Virus record (IMG/VR): IMGVR_UViG_3300025083_000140
Location: 1-31,274 of that record
Length of the DNA: 31,274 nt
From: a virus
Taxonomy: Duplodnaviria > Caudoviricetes
Reading direction: 5' to 3' (one strand)
How positions within the stretch are numbered: the first letter of the stretch is position 1; the number at the start of each line of letters is the position of its first letter. The notes under the pieces were generated by a model. It searched no databases, was not told the origin of the DNA, and saw nothing but the letters and a program-made list of their open reading frames with translations. Of this stretch, positions 8,167-17,400 are shown in pieces. The position numbers were made by a program, and so were the translations under genes.

Positions 8167-8928
8167 ATGGCAGACTATCAGAAAGTAGAGATAAACGAAA
8201 AAGCACCCAGCGAGATTGAACCCGATCAACAGCAAGCAACGGAGGTTAAAGAACCTCAAGCACAGCAAGAACGCCCAGAATGGTTACCAGAGAAGTTTGA
8301 GTCAGCAGAAGCACTCGCAAAAGCTTACGGAGAACTTGAATCAAAGATGGGACAGGGAGACCAACAACAAGAACAGGAGCAAGTAGAAGAAGAACCGTCT
8401 AACGAGACCGAACCTACTACCGAACCCAATCCTGTTGAGACGCTTATTACCGACGCTTCTGTCGAGTTCGCAGAGAACGAAGGCAAGCTTACTGATGATA
8501 CGTATGAAGCTCTAGCTAAAGCGGGTATCAGTCGTGAGCTGGTAGATCGTTATGCCGCTGGTCAAGCCGCTATTACCGCCCAAGAAGAGACAGCTATTAA
8601 GTCCGCCGCTAACGGCGATTACGACGCAATGGCAGAATGGGCAGGGAAGTCTCTATCCGATAGCGAGTTCAACGCATTTAACGAAGCAGTAAACCAAGGT
8701 TCAGTTGAACAGGCACAACTCGCCGTTAGAGGTTTACACGCGCGCTACCAAGCGGAAGTAGGATCGAGTGGGCCGAAGCTTGTAACAGGCAACACCACAG
8801 GTACTTCTACTATGCCGTATCAATCCATGCAGGAAGTCAGTCGAGCTATGCAAGACCCACGTTATAAAAGCGGGGACAAAGCGTATCACGCCGAAGTAGA
8901 ACGCCGACTGGCTGTATCTGATATTTAA
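8167..8928 (+). CDS. gp9: Capsid assembly scaffolding protein (T7 gp9-like)
   Basis: RPEWLPEKF..AEALAKAYGELE, acidic composition, C-terminal AMQDPRY..GD.AY...VERRL; follows the portal. Confidence 0.93.
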   Translation: MADYQKVEINEKAPSEIEPDQQQATEVKEPQAQQERPEWLPEKFESAEALAKAYGELESKMGQGDQQQEQEQVEEEPSNETEPTTEPNPVETLITDASVEFAENEGKLTDDTYEALAKAGISRELVDRYAAGQAAITAQEETAIKSAANGDYDAMAEWAGKSLSDSEFNAFNEAVNQGSVEQAQLAVRGLHARYQAEVGSSGPKLVTGNTTGTSTMPYQSMQEVSRAMQDPRYKSGDKAYHAEVERRLAVSDI

Positions 8929-8933
8929 CAATC

Positions 8934-9398
8934 GTGTTCGAACTGTTGACGTTGTTTCTGACAGGCGGTGGAAGCGCCGCTATGGGAAGCGTTTTAAAAG
9001 GCGTATTCGGTATGATGTCGGATTCACGTCAACAGAAGTTCGAAATAGAAATGGCACGTGAAGCAAGAAACAATGAGTATGCACTTAAATTCCAAGAGAG
9101 TCTCAACAGCGGCGAAGGCGGCGCTTTTACTCGCGCTACTAGGCGGATGCTCGCACTCATCGGAATGGGCACACTCAGCTTCATCACATGCGCAACCTGC
9201 CTTTATCCCAGCGTCCCGCTTACAACCTTCAGCAACATCACTGGAGAAGGACGCAACGAACTCTTATTCGGACTCATCTCTTTTCAAGCGGCACAAGCCC
9301 CTATGGTCGTTACAACAGGACATATCGCGCTCTTTCAAGCGACAGTCGTGTTGCCAATGATCGTGGGCTTTTACTTCACACCTGGAGGACGCCGCTAA
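8934..9398 (+). CDS. Membrane protein, 2-3 hydrophobic segments (holin-like, unassigned)
   Basis: GTG start; hydrophobic N-terminus; TRR followed by LALIGMGTLSFITCATCL; C-terminal VVLPMIVGFYF then basic GGRR. Confidence 0.6.
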   Translation: MFELLTLFLTGGGSAAMGSVLKGVFGMMSDSRQQKFEIEMAREARNNEYALKFQESLNSGEGGAFTRATRRMLALIGMGTLSFITCATCLYPSVPLTTFSNITGEGRNELLFGLISFQAAQAPMVVTTGHIALFQATVVLPMIVGFYFTPGGRR

Positions 9399-9419
9399 CA
9401 CTTTAGACGAAGCAAACGA

Positions 9420-9442
9420 CAGCCCCGTGCGCGGGACAACTG
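9420..9442 (+). promoter_or_regulatory. GC-rich stem-loop in the major capsid leader
   Basis: CAG-C-CCCG-TGCG-CGGG-ACAA-CTG: 4-bp inner stem, UGCG tetraloop, asymmetric internal loop and 3-bp outer stem, in an otherwise A/C-rich leader. Confidence 0.5.
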
Positions 9443-9493
9443 ACCGACAAGCGACGACTAATAATCACTAACATCAACAATAATCCCTTAAAA

Positions 9494-9500
9494 TAAGGAG
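9494..9500 (+). promoter_or_regulatory. Shine-Dalgarno site of the major capsid gene
   Basis: TAAGGAG 9 nt upstream of ATG 9510. Confidence 0.8.
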
Positions 9501-9509
9501 ACACTAATT

Positions 9510-10574
9510 ATGGCTAATGGAGCTACTGATCCATCACGCGTCGGTCAGATTAATCAAGCAGGCAATGTAGACGCATTGTTCTTGAAGAAATTTGCTGGCG
9601 AAATTCTAACCACGTTTGAAGAGAACAACATATTTAAACCTCTTCACACCATCCGTACCATCGAGAACGGTAAGAGCGCTCAATTCCCTGTTACTGGGAT
9701 TGCTTCCGCCGATTACTACAGTCCTGGTCAAAACATCGCCGACGCAGGCGCAGGGTATTTAAGTAAGATTAACCAGAACGAAAAAGTCATCACTATTGAC
9801 GATGTTCTTCTTGCTTCCACATTCCTCGCTTCTATCGACGACGTTAAGAATCACTACGACATCCGCTCCGTCTACGCTTCCGAGCTTGGTAAAGCATTGG
9901 CGTTACGCTTTGATACCGCGATTGCAAAGGTATTCATCGCCGCCGCCCGCGAAGCTACTCCTGGCGTAACAGGTGGAAAAGTTGGTGGCGTACTTGACGT
10001 ATCCGCTAACGCGATGGGAACACCTGGTGACGGTTCTGACGACTCCGACAACTCTGATCCAACTGGAGCCGAGCTTGTTGCCGCGTTGTTTACCGCCGCT
10101 CAAAAGCTTGATGAGAATGACGTACCTTCCGACGGTCGCTTCTGCGTACTTCGTCCACAAGAGTACTACAAGCTCATCACTGGTGGTTCTGGCGGATTGG
10201 TAATCGGATCTTCCGCAGTTAACAAAGACGTTGGAGGTCTTGGATCTGTCGCTTCTGGAACTGTTCCTCAAGTGGCTGGTATCAATATCTTCAAGTCCAC
10301 TCACATCCCTTCAACCGATCTGTCCGCAGTCTCTTCAGGCGACGGAGCCGCATCTAACGATGTGTTCGGTGGAAGTGGAAGCGGATACAACGGTAACTTC
10401 ACCAACTCGCTTGGTATCGTTGCTCACCCATCCGCAGTAGGAACCGTCAAGTTGCTAGATCTCGCTACCGAGTCTGAGTATCAGATGGAACGTCAAGGAA
10501 CTCTTTTCATTGCGAAGTACGCTATGGGTCACGGAATCCTCCGTCCCGAATGTGCTATCGAATTGCAGAAGTAG
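9510..10574 (+). CDS. gp10: Major capsid protein (T7 gp10A-like)
   Basis: Motifs ALFLKKFAGEILTTF, RTIENGKSAQFPV.G, EKVITIDD.L, HYDIRS.YA.ELG.ALA and AKYAMGHGILRPECA. Confidence 0.98.
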   Translation: MANGATDPSRVGQINQAGNVDALFLKKFAGEILTTFEENNIFKPLHTIRTIENGKSAQFPVTGIASADYYSPGQNIADAGAGYLSKINQNEKVITIDDVLLASTFLASIDDVKNHYDIRSVYASELGKALALRFDTAIAKVFIAAAREATPGVTGGKVGGVLDVSANAMGTPGDGSDDSDNSDPTGAELVAALFTAAQKLDENDVPSDGRFCVLRPQEYYKLITGGSGGLVIGSSAVNKDVGGLGSVASGTVPQVAGINIFKSTHIPSTDLSAVSSGDGAASNDVFGGSGSGYNGNFTNSLGIVAHPSAVGTVKLLDLATESEYQMERQGTLFIAKYAMGHGILRPECAIELQK

Positions 10575-10590
10575 TACCTTTTGTTTGGTT

Positions 10591-10645
10591 GTGTTGAGGG
10601 GGCGAGGTTTTTATTCGTTTTGGCCTCGTCCCCTCTCACTTCCAT
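10591..10645 (+). terminator. Long stem-loop after the capsid gene (T-phi position; terminator or processing/stability hairpin)
   Basis: GAGGGGGCGAGG (10596-10607) pairs with CCTCGTCCCCTC (10624-10635) with one G-U pair, extendable by GTG/CAC. The downstream U-tract is weak. Confidence 0.65.
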
Positions 10646-10672
10646 ATTTATATATCTAACTTAATAAACTAT

Positions 10673-11254
10673 ATGGCACTTACAACTAAGCTAGAAGCAG
10701 TCAATACTATGCTAGGGGTGATAGGAGAAACGCCCGTCAACTCCATCAACGCTGGAAGCGGCAGTCTTCCTGTATCGGTTGTAACGGCTTTAAACGTGCT
10801 AGACGAAGTGAATAAAGAGGTTCAAGCAGAAGGTTGGCACTTTAACACCGAGCATGAATATCCACTTGTTCGTAACGCTTCTAACAAATTTACTCTTCCA
10901 AACAACATCTTAAAGATCGATACACCTGTAGATAAATACACGGACATAGACATCGTTCAACGCGGGTCTACTTTGTATGATCGTAAGAACCACACGGACG
11001 TCTTCACTCAAGACTTAGACGTATCCATAACTTTTGAACTTACCTTTGAAGAAATTCCTCAACAATTCCGCTCTTATATCGTCGTTAAAGCCGCGCGTAA
11101 ATTCGCTAATCGCTTTCTTGGAAGCCAAGAGATTGAAAGTTTCACTCTTCGTGATGAGATTACTGCTAAAGCTACGGCGGTAGACAGCGACTCTGAGAAC
11201 GCCGATAGGACTATATTTGATAACTACGACGTTTACCGCGTCATTGATCGCTGA
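10673..11254 (+). CDS. gp11: Tail tubular protein A / adaptor (T7 gp11-like)
   Basis: LEAVNTML..IGE.PV, VQAEGWHFN.E, RG..LYDR..HT..F and YI...AARKF. Confidence 0.96.
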   Translation: MALTTKLEAVNTMLGVIGETPVNSINAGSGSLPVSVVTALNVLDEVNKEVQAEGWHFNTEHEYPLVRNASNKFTLPNNILKIDTPVDKYTDIDIVQRGSTLYDRKNHTDVFTQDLDVSITFELTFEEIPQQFRSYIVVKAARKFANRFLGSQEIESFTLRDEITAKATAVDSDSENADRTIFDNYDVYRVIDR

Positions 11255-11259
11255 TTGTT

Positions 11260-14019
11260 ATGCCGCTGATTACCACGTCTGTACCTAATCTTGTACAAGG
11301 TGTATCACAACAGCCTGACAATCTCCGTTATCCAGGCCAAGCCGAGGAACAAGTAAACGCTTTTAGCTCCGTTGTAGACGGCCTTAACAAGCGTCCTCAC
11401 ACCGAGCATATAGCTAACCTTAACAAGACGTTTCAAGACGACGCTTTAATCCACATGGTGGAGCGTGATGAAACGAATAAGCATCTATTCACCTTTGACA
11501 ATGTTGGTGGAACAACAAGTGTAAGTATATTTAACGTATCGCTTGGAACGCCTGTTCCTGTGGTTAGTATCTCAGCATCTGCGCAGACCTATTTAAACAG
11601 CGCTGTTGAACCGCTTAAAGATCTTCGTGCGCTTACCATTGCTGACTACACCTTTGTAGCGAATAAGAAAGCCACACCAGCGCTTGGAACTACGCTTTCT
11701 GAGCCGTTGGCAAAGGAAGCTTTAGTGTTCGTTAAACAAGGCGATTACGAGAAGGACTACACCGTTAACATTGATAACCTCCAAGCTTCAACTACAAGTG
11801 AAAATTCAGATACCGCCGATCACGCCGATTCAAAGGTCATAGCGGCAAGGATTGAATCGGCGATAAACAGCGCTGGAACAGCGGGCGGTGTAAGCGGTGT
11901 GACAATTAGCAACGGAAACGGAGGAAGTGGTTGGTACACGTTTCCTGATAGCCCGTATCCTAGTGATTCCTCTATGGAATTTAAGACCGAGGTAACGTTT
12001 ACAGGCGGCGGGGGATCAGGCGCAAAAGGAAAAGCAGTAACCTCAAGTGGCTCTATTCAAAGCGTGGTAATAACACATAGCGGTAGCGGTTATACATCGT
12101 CCCCCACGCCTGTGTTTAAAACGTATTATAAGTCTACTTACTTCCCTAGCATGCCGTGGAGAGCTTACGACGGTACTAATGTCACACCAGCTCCTCCCAC
12201 TCCTACGCAACCTACCGTTAGTTCCGTCACGCTTTCTAGCGCGTCTATAAACGTCACTAATCAAGATGGTCTATTAAAGATAAGTAAATCAGATAACACG
12301 GACTTTAAGATTTCCGTTACCGACGGCCTTGCTAACACAGGTCTAGGTCTTGTTTACAAGGAAGTAGATTTTATCACCGACCTCCCGAAGAAGTGCTTTG
12401 ATGGTTTCAGAGTCAAGGTGCGTGGAGATGTCGAGCTTACCCAAGACGATTACTACGTAGAGTTTGAGACAAAGGACAACGAAGAGTTTGGTGAAGGCGC
12501 TTGGACAGAAGTAGCAGGTTGGTCACAGGATGGATCGGCTTCTGGTCAGACCGAAGGACAAGCGCTTGATTTCGACGCCTCTACAATGCCTATTCAAATC
12601 GTGCCTGAACCGCTCGTAAACGGCGTTGTAACAGGCTACAAGATTAAGACCGCCGATTGGACTACACGTAAAGCAGGTGATCTCGACACCAACTCAGCAC
12701 CGTCATTCGTAGGTAGTCCTATCAACGATGTATTCTTCTTTAAGAATCGATTAGGATTCCTGACTGACAACGCTGTTATCTTTTCCGAAGCCGATGAATA
12801 CTTTAACTTTTGGAGAACCACGACTCAGTCGCTGTTAGACAGCGCTCCTATCGACGTTGGAGTCGCGCACACAAAGGTTTCAACACTGAAGTATGCAACG
12901 CCTTTCCAAGAGAAGCTTGTCTTATTCAGTCCTCAATCACAGTTTGTATTACGAGGTGCTGATCTTCTGACTCCTAAGACCGTTAATATCTCGCCTATTA
13001 CCGAGTATAACGTATCGACCAACGTCAAACCTCTCGCTCTTACTAACTACGTTTACTTCTCGTTTCCACGGGACAGCTACGAAGGGATGTATGAGTTCTA
13101 TGTCGATAAAGACTCCGATATATTTGACGCTTCAGAGATTACCCAACAAGTTCCAACGTATGTCAGATCGTCGCTTAGAACGCTTGTAGGTACGCCTAGT
13201 GAGGACGTTATAGTCGCGTCTACATCCGACGACCTTAAACACCTGTATGTCTATAAATACTTCTGGAATAACAAAGAGAAGATCCAATCGTCTTGGATGC
13301 GCTTTGAGTTCGCCAAGGAAGTCGTAGGCACAGGCTTTATTGATTCTAACTTGTATATCGTCACTAAGGAGGGATACCTCGAAAAGATGGCGATGGAAGC
13401 GGGACACAAGGACACAGGTAAGACTTACACTTTACATCTTGATAGACGCGTTTCTAGCGCCGCTTTAACACGCTCTTACGACGCCGCTACTAAGAAGACT
13501 ACTGTATCTAATATGCCGTATGATCCCGTTGGAAGCGTCGTTTACACCGCCGATGGACTACGCCGTGAGATCACCCGTGTAGACGCTACTTCATTCACGC
13601 TTGTAGGCGACTACAGTGCGACTGATTTCTTCGTGGGTCTTGAATATGAAGCTTTGTATCAGTTCTCCACACAGACGCTTAAACAGCCGACAGAACGCGG
13701 TGGTAGGTCTGCTTCAAGCTTCATGTCACAGGTGCTTAGAAACGGTACGATTGACTACGCTGACACAGGACACTTTACCGTCGAGGTAACGCCTGAGTTT
13801 AGGGACACTTACACCTACGCTTTTAACCCCACTCAACTCGGAGCTAACGCGGTTCTAGGTTCGCTTGTCTTGGACAACGGATCGTTCCGCTTTCCCGTTC
13901 ACTCTAAACATGACGATGTCACCATCACGGTTAAGTCGTCGTCTGCATTGCCGATGAAGTTGTTAGCGGCTGAGTTCGAAAGCTTTGTACATGGAAGATC
14001 AAAACGATATGGAGGATAA
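11260..14019 (+). CDS. gp12: Tail tubular protein B / nozzle (T7 gp12-like) with an inserted domain
   Basis: PNLVQGVSQQPD..R, ADYTFVAN, R.AGD.DTN..PSF.G..I.DVFFFKNRLGFL, NFWRTT....LDS.PID and QSSWMRF. Confidence 0.97.
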   Translation: MPLITTSVPNLVQGVSQQPDNLRYPGQAEEQVNAFSSVVDGLNKRPHTEHIANLNKTFQDDALIHMVERDETNKHLFTFDNVGGTTSVSIFNVSLGTPVPVVSISASAQTYLNSAVEPLKDLRALTIADYTFVANKKATPALGTTLSEPLAKEALVFVKQGDYEKDYTVNIDNLQASTTSENSDTADHADSKVIAARIESAINSAGTAGGVSGVTISNGNGGSGWYTFPDSPYPSDSSMEFKTEVTFTGGGGSGAKGKAVTSSGSIQSVVITHSGSGYTSSPTPVFKTYYKSTYFPSMPWRAYDGTNVTPAPPTPTQPTVSSVTLSSASINVTNQDGLLKISKSDNTDFKISVTDGLANTGLGLVYKEVDFITDLPKKCFDGFRVKVRGDVELTQDDYYVEFETKDNEEFGEGAWTEVAGWSQDGSASGQTEGQALDFDASTMPIQIVPEPLVNGVVTGYKIKTADWTTRKAGDLDTNSAPSFVGSPINDVFFFKNRLGFLTDNAVIFSEADEYFNFWRTTTQSLLDSAPIDVGVAHTKVSTLKYATPFQEKLVLFSPQSQFVLRGADLLTPKTVNISPITEYNVSTNVKPLALTNYVYFSFPRDSYEGMYEFYVDKDSDIFDASEITQQVPTYVRSSLRTLVGTPSEDVIVASTSDDLKHLYVYKYFWNNKEKIQSSWMRFEFAKEVVGTGFIDSNLYIVTKEGYLEKMAMEAGHKDTGKTYTLHLDRRVSSAALTRSYDAATKKTTVSNMPYDPVGSVVYTADGLRREITRVDATSFTLVGDYSATDFFVGLEYEALYQFSTQTLKQPTERGGRSASSFMSQVLRNGTIDYADTGHFTVEVTPEFRDTYTYAFNPTQLGANAVLGSLVLDNGSFRFPVHSKHDDVTITVKSSSALPMKLLAAEFESFVHGRSKRYGG

Positions 14020-14482
14020 GGAAACATACATCTATCCCGACTGTAGGATCGACCCTGCAAACGGATACATGGACGCACCAGCGCTATACGAAGATATGCG
14101 GTCAATGGATATGCTTGAGATAATAGGTCTAGGTAAACATCCACGGCTCGCGTTGGAAGAGTCTTACAAGGTGTCTACACACGCTTGGACGATCCTGACA
14201 AAAGAACATCGTATGGTTGGTAGCTTTGGTATAGCAGGTACAGAAGATGAAAACATAGGCGTACCTTGGTTACTTGGTACTCACCGTATGCACCTTATCA
14301 AGAAGACTTTTCTAAAACACTCAAGGGAGTGGATACAACGTGTATTAGGGGATTATGAAGTCCTGACTAACATCGTTATGGAACGCAATGAATTGTCCAT
14401 GCGATGGTTGAAATGGTTAGGAGCTTCGTTCCACGACTGCACCATCGACGGTTATAAACAATTCTATATCTACAAAGAATAA
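14009..14482 (+). CDS. T7 gp13-like internal virion protein A (GNAT-like fold)
   Basis: DMRSMDMLEI, GVPWLLGT, L.N.V...N..S.RWLKWLG..F; position after gp12. ATG 14009 is chosen; TTG 13985 and ATG 13991 are in-frame alternatives. Confidence 0.85.
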   Translation: MEDKETYIYPDCRIDPANGYMDAPALYEDMRSMDMLEIIGLGKHPRLALEESYKVSTHAWTILTKEHRMVGSFGIAGTEDENIGVPWLLGTHRMHLIKKTFLKHSREWIQRVLGDYEVLTNIVMERNELSMRWLKWLGASFHDCTIDGYKQFYIYKE

Positions 14483-14484
14483 TT

Positions 14485-15030
14485 ATGTGTGAACCTATTT
14501 CAACTTCTACAGCTATTGCGTTAGCGAGCGCGGGTGTAGGCGCGGCTTCGTCCGCCGTTCAATACCAAGGACAGCGCCAACAAGCGAAACAACAAGCCCG
14601 TTATCAACAACAAGCGGCGGAAGCGGAGCGTCAACGCGCTCTACAAGAACAGTCTTCTATTCGTATGAGACAGGCCCAGGAACAGGAAGCTACCAATCGT
14701 GAGCTTGGGGACGTCGCTTCTAAAGCCCGTGAAGCAATGTCTAGGGCGACTGTAAGCGCGGGTGAATCGGGTGTAGCAGGAGCTTCCGTGGACGCTTTAA
14801 TCGACGACTTCACACGTCAAGAAGCGGAGTATCGTATGGGCGTTGGACGTCAACAAGAGATGAGAGATGTTCAAACAGGACTTGCTCTTACCGACGCTGG
14901 GTTCCGCTCACAGAATAGACTTATCGATATTAATAGACCCATCAACAAACCCAGCTTTTTAAGCGGCGCTTTAAGCACCGTTCAAGGCGGAGTGAGTGGG
15001 TACCGCACAGGCTTAGAACTTAAGAAATAA
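14485..15030 (+). CDS. Internal virion (ejection) protein B, gp14-like
   Basis: MCEP start, hydrophobic Ala/Gly N-terminus, Gln-rich coiled coil, GESGVAGASV motif; synteny. Confidence 0.85.
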   Translation: MCEPISTSTAIALASAGVGAASSAVQYQGQRQQAKQQARYQQQAAEAERQRALQEQSSIRMRQAQEQEATNRELGDVASKAREAMSRATVSAGESGVAGASVDALIDDFTRQEAEYRMGVGRQQEMRDVQTGLALTDAGFRSQNRLIDINRPINKPSFLSGALSTVQGGVSGYRTGLELKK

Positions 15031-15032
15031 TT

Positions 15033-17393
15033 ATGGCATCAATAGACGACCTCGTAAAAGCGGCGAATACCAAGCGTGTTCAAGTCGCCGATCTAGCAGA
15101 CGCTCCAAAGCTACAAGCAACGATTCAAAGCGGCGGTCAATACAGCGTAGCCGTTCAACGGGCGGGTAGTAATAAGATGTTGGATCTCGCTGATGCGTTG
15201 TCGAAGATCAATCCTACGCTTAGGGAGTACACCGCTGTTCAAGGTCTTCAAGATCAGATAGGCGAGAAAGAGGCGATGCAAGTCGCTGATGCTGACATTT
15301 ATAAAAACATTAAAGGCCAAGACGCTACGTTCTTTGAGAAGATCGCTGGTATCGACCGTAAGAACAGGGCGTTCAACAACACGCTTATTAAACGCGCTAT
15401 CAACAATGATCTAATACCGTCGATGAAGGCGGAGTCTGATGCGTTGTTGGATCTCGATAAGCACAAAGATGATAAGTCGTTACTCGCCGCTACTGATGAG
15501 TTCATGCAAAAGAAGTGGGAAGACTTCAGCGCTCAAGTCGGTAACGAAGCGGCTACAAGCGAGGGAGCAAGAGCGTTGTGGAACGCGGTAACAGGCCCGT
15601 TTAAAGCCGACATACTCGCCGCTTACGACAAGAAGAAGGACGACTTTATAGCGGCGGGACAGGGCGATGAACTAGGTATTGAACTAGATGAGCTACTGAA
15701 AGTTAAGACAGGCATCGATGAGAACGGCAATGAGTTCGTGCTTCCTATCGACGCTATGGGTCTCAGAGACGCCGCTAAGAACCGCGAGAAGCTAATGATT
15801 GAAGCGGGGATTACAGACCGCCAACAACGCAATGAGATACTTCTTGGTGAGTTCGTAGCACAAGCAGAACGTCTAATCGTTAACAAACGTTTGGATGCGG
15901 CGGAAACAATGATCGATGAGATGTACGGTTTAGAGATTAAAAAAGGCGTTCCTATCTTTCGTTCTGGTAAAGCTAAGACTGCTATCAACGGTTTAATCTC
16001 TACCCTTACACGCGCTCAAAACACCGCTAGTGAAACATCTAGTGCTGAACTCAGACGTCAGTTTACAGGCGAGTGGGGAGCGGCTTTTCGTGGGTTACGT
16101 GTAGGCAATAAAGAGATAGGCGGAATAGTATCGGAAGATACCTTGGATACCGTGGAACGCGTGTTTGAACGCTTGGGTGTCGATGAAAACAAGTGGGAAG
16201 ATCTTAAGAATCAGATTGTAGAATCGGACATGCCTGAAGAAACGTTTGATAATTTGCTTAAAGGACTTGCCCTAGATGGAGGTGAACAAGCGATGGCCCT
16301 GTTCTTTGGTACAAACGAAAGCCGTAGTCGTACTTTTTCACTACTAAATGCACGTCCTGTTCACGCTTCGACGTATTCAAGAGAGAAGAAGACAGAGCTA
16401 CAAGATGAGTTTCAAACCTACCACGAAGAAGTCGATAACACCGCAAGTGTAGCTGACTGGATGAAGAACACAGGTAAGAACTTTACTATATGGCCCAAGC
16501 TCAACGAGTTAGATCGTAACTTAAATCGTGGTTCTTACATCCTTAAGTCTGAGTCGTATAAACTTACAGGCGGTCACGTCAAGAAAGAGATTAAAGCACT
16601 GACTGATGAGAAGACTATACAACAATCAGGCGTTTATCTTGGGCCTAAAAAACAGGCACTACTAGAGTTGGCGGGCGACCGTTACTCCCTAGATACAGAG
16701 ACTTATATAACAGGTCAGCTTCAAGAATATGCCAAGGATATAGCGGATGACTTCGAAGGTGAAGACGCGATTAAACAGCGTGAGAAAGCGATACGGGTAC
16801 GTAGAGACGAGCTTATTGAACAAGAGAAACAACGCTTCATGCGCATCCGTAATAGCCTGTCACAAGAACAACTCCAAGCCGAGGGAGACGCGCTAGAAGA
16901 AGATGATATCAATAAGATGAAGGAAGCGGGATCTGAAGCTCAAGGTTCACAACCTTTCTATAAATTTGACGACGACTATGAATCTCTTGTAGCCGCAGAC
17001 AACAACATCAATCCTAAGAGTTTCCAGACCGTTGTTGATGATCGTAAGACGATGCAAGAGCGCGGTGACAGGGCGCAACTAGCTCGTTCTCTTTATAACT
17101 TTGGATTTACTGCATTCACGAAAGAAGCGGCTACGATGCTCGCTGAAGCTGATCCGCCTTTAGACGCCGATGATGTGCGCCTGTTTGGTAGTGAAGACGA
17201 ACTCAAACTAACGTTAGCTACTTGGCGTGAGGTCATCGAGAAAGACAGCGCTGATGTACGTGGTACGTTGACGGACGAAGATAAAGAAATACAAGAAGAA
17301 TATCTACCGTATGGAATTTATAGTATTGAAGATTTACAACGTTTCGAACAGTCTCAAATGGATTTAATGCGTCTTGAACGTAACCTCCTTTAA
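15033..17393 (+). CDS. Internal virion (ejection) protein C, gp15-like
   Basis: 786-aa acidic helical protein with N-terminal LADALSKINPTL; assigned mainly by size and position between gp14 and gp16. Confidence 0.7.
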   Translation: MASIDDLVKAANTKRVQVADLADAPKLQATIQSGGQYSVAVQRAGSNKMLDLADALSKINPTLREYTAVQGLQDQIGEKEAMQVADADIYKNIKGQDATFFEKIAGIDRKNRAFNNTLIKRAINNDLIPSMKAESDALLDLDKHKDDKSLLAATDEFMQKKWEDFSAQVGNEAATSEGARALWNAVTGPFKADILAAYDKKKDDFIAAGQGDELGIELDELLKVKTGIDENGNEFVLPIDAMGLRDAAKNREKLMIEAGITDRQQRNEILLGEFVAQAERLIVNKRLDAAETMIDEMYGLEIKKGVPIFRSGKAKTAINGLISTLTRAQNTASETSSAELRRQFTGEWGAAFRGLRVGNKEIGGIVSEDTLDTVERVFERLGVDENKWEDLKNQIVESDMPEETFDNLLKGLALDGGEQAMALFFGTNESRSRTFSLLNARPVHASTYSREKKTELQDEFQTYHEEVDNTASVADWMKNTGKNFTIWPKLNELDRNLNRGSYILKSESYKLTGGHVKKEIKALTDEKTIQQSGVYLGPKKQALLELAGDRYSLDTETYITGQLQEYAKDIADDFEGEDAIKQREKAIRVRRDELIEQEKQRFMRIRNSLSQEQLQAEGDALEEDDINKMKEAGSEAQGSQPFYKFDDDYESLVAADNNINPKSFQTVVDDRKTMQERGDRAQLARSLYNFGFTAFTKEAATMLAEADPPLDADDVRLFGSEDELKLTLATWREVIEKDSADVRGTLTDEDKEIQEEYLPYGIYSIEDLQRFEQSQMDLMRLERNLL

Positions 17394-17400
17394 TTAATAT

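Noticed and set aside
10540-10664. T7 10B-style capsid extension by frameshift or TAG readthrough
   Set aside because: No clear slippery site near the 3' end. Readthrough would add only about 29 aa running through the hairpin, with no domain-like character.
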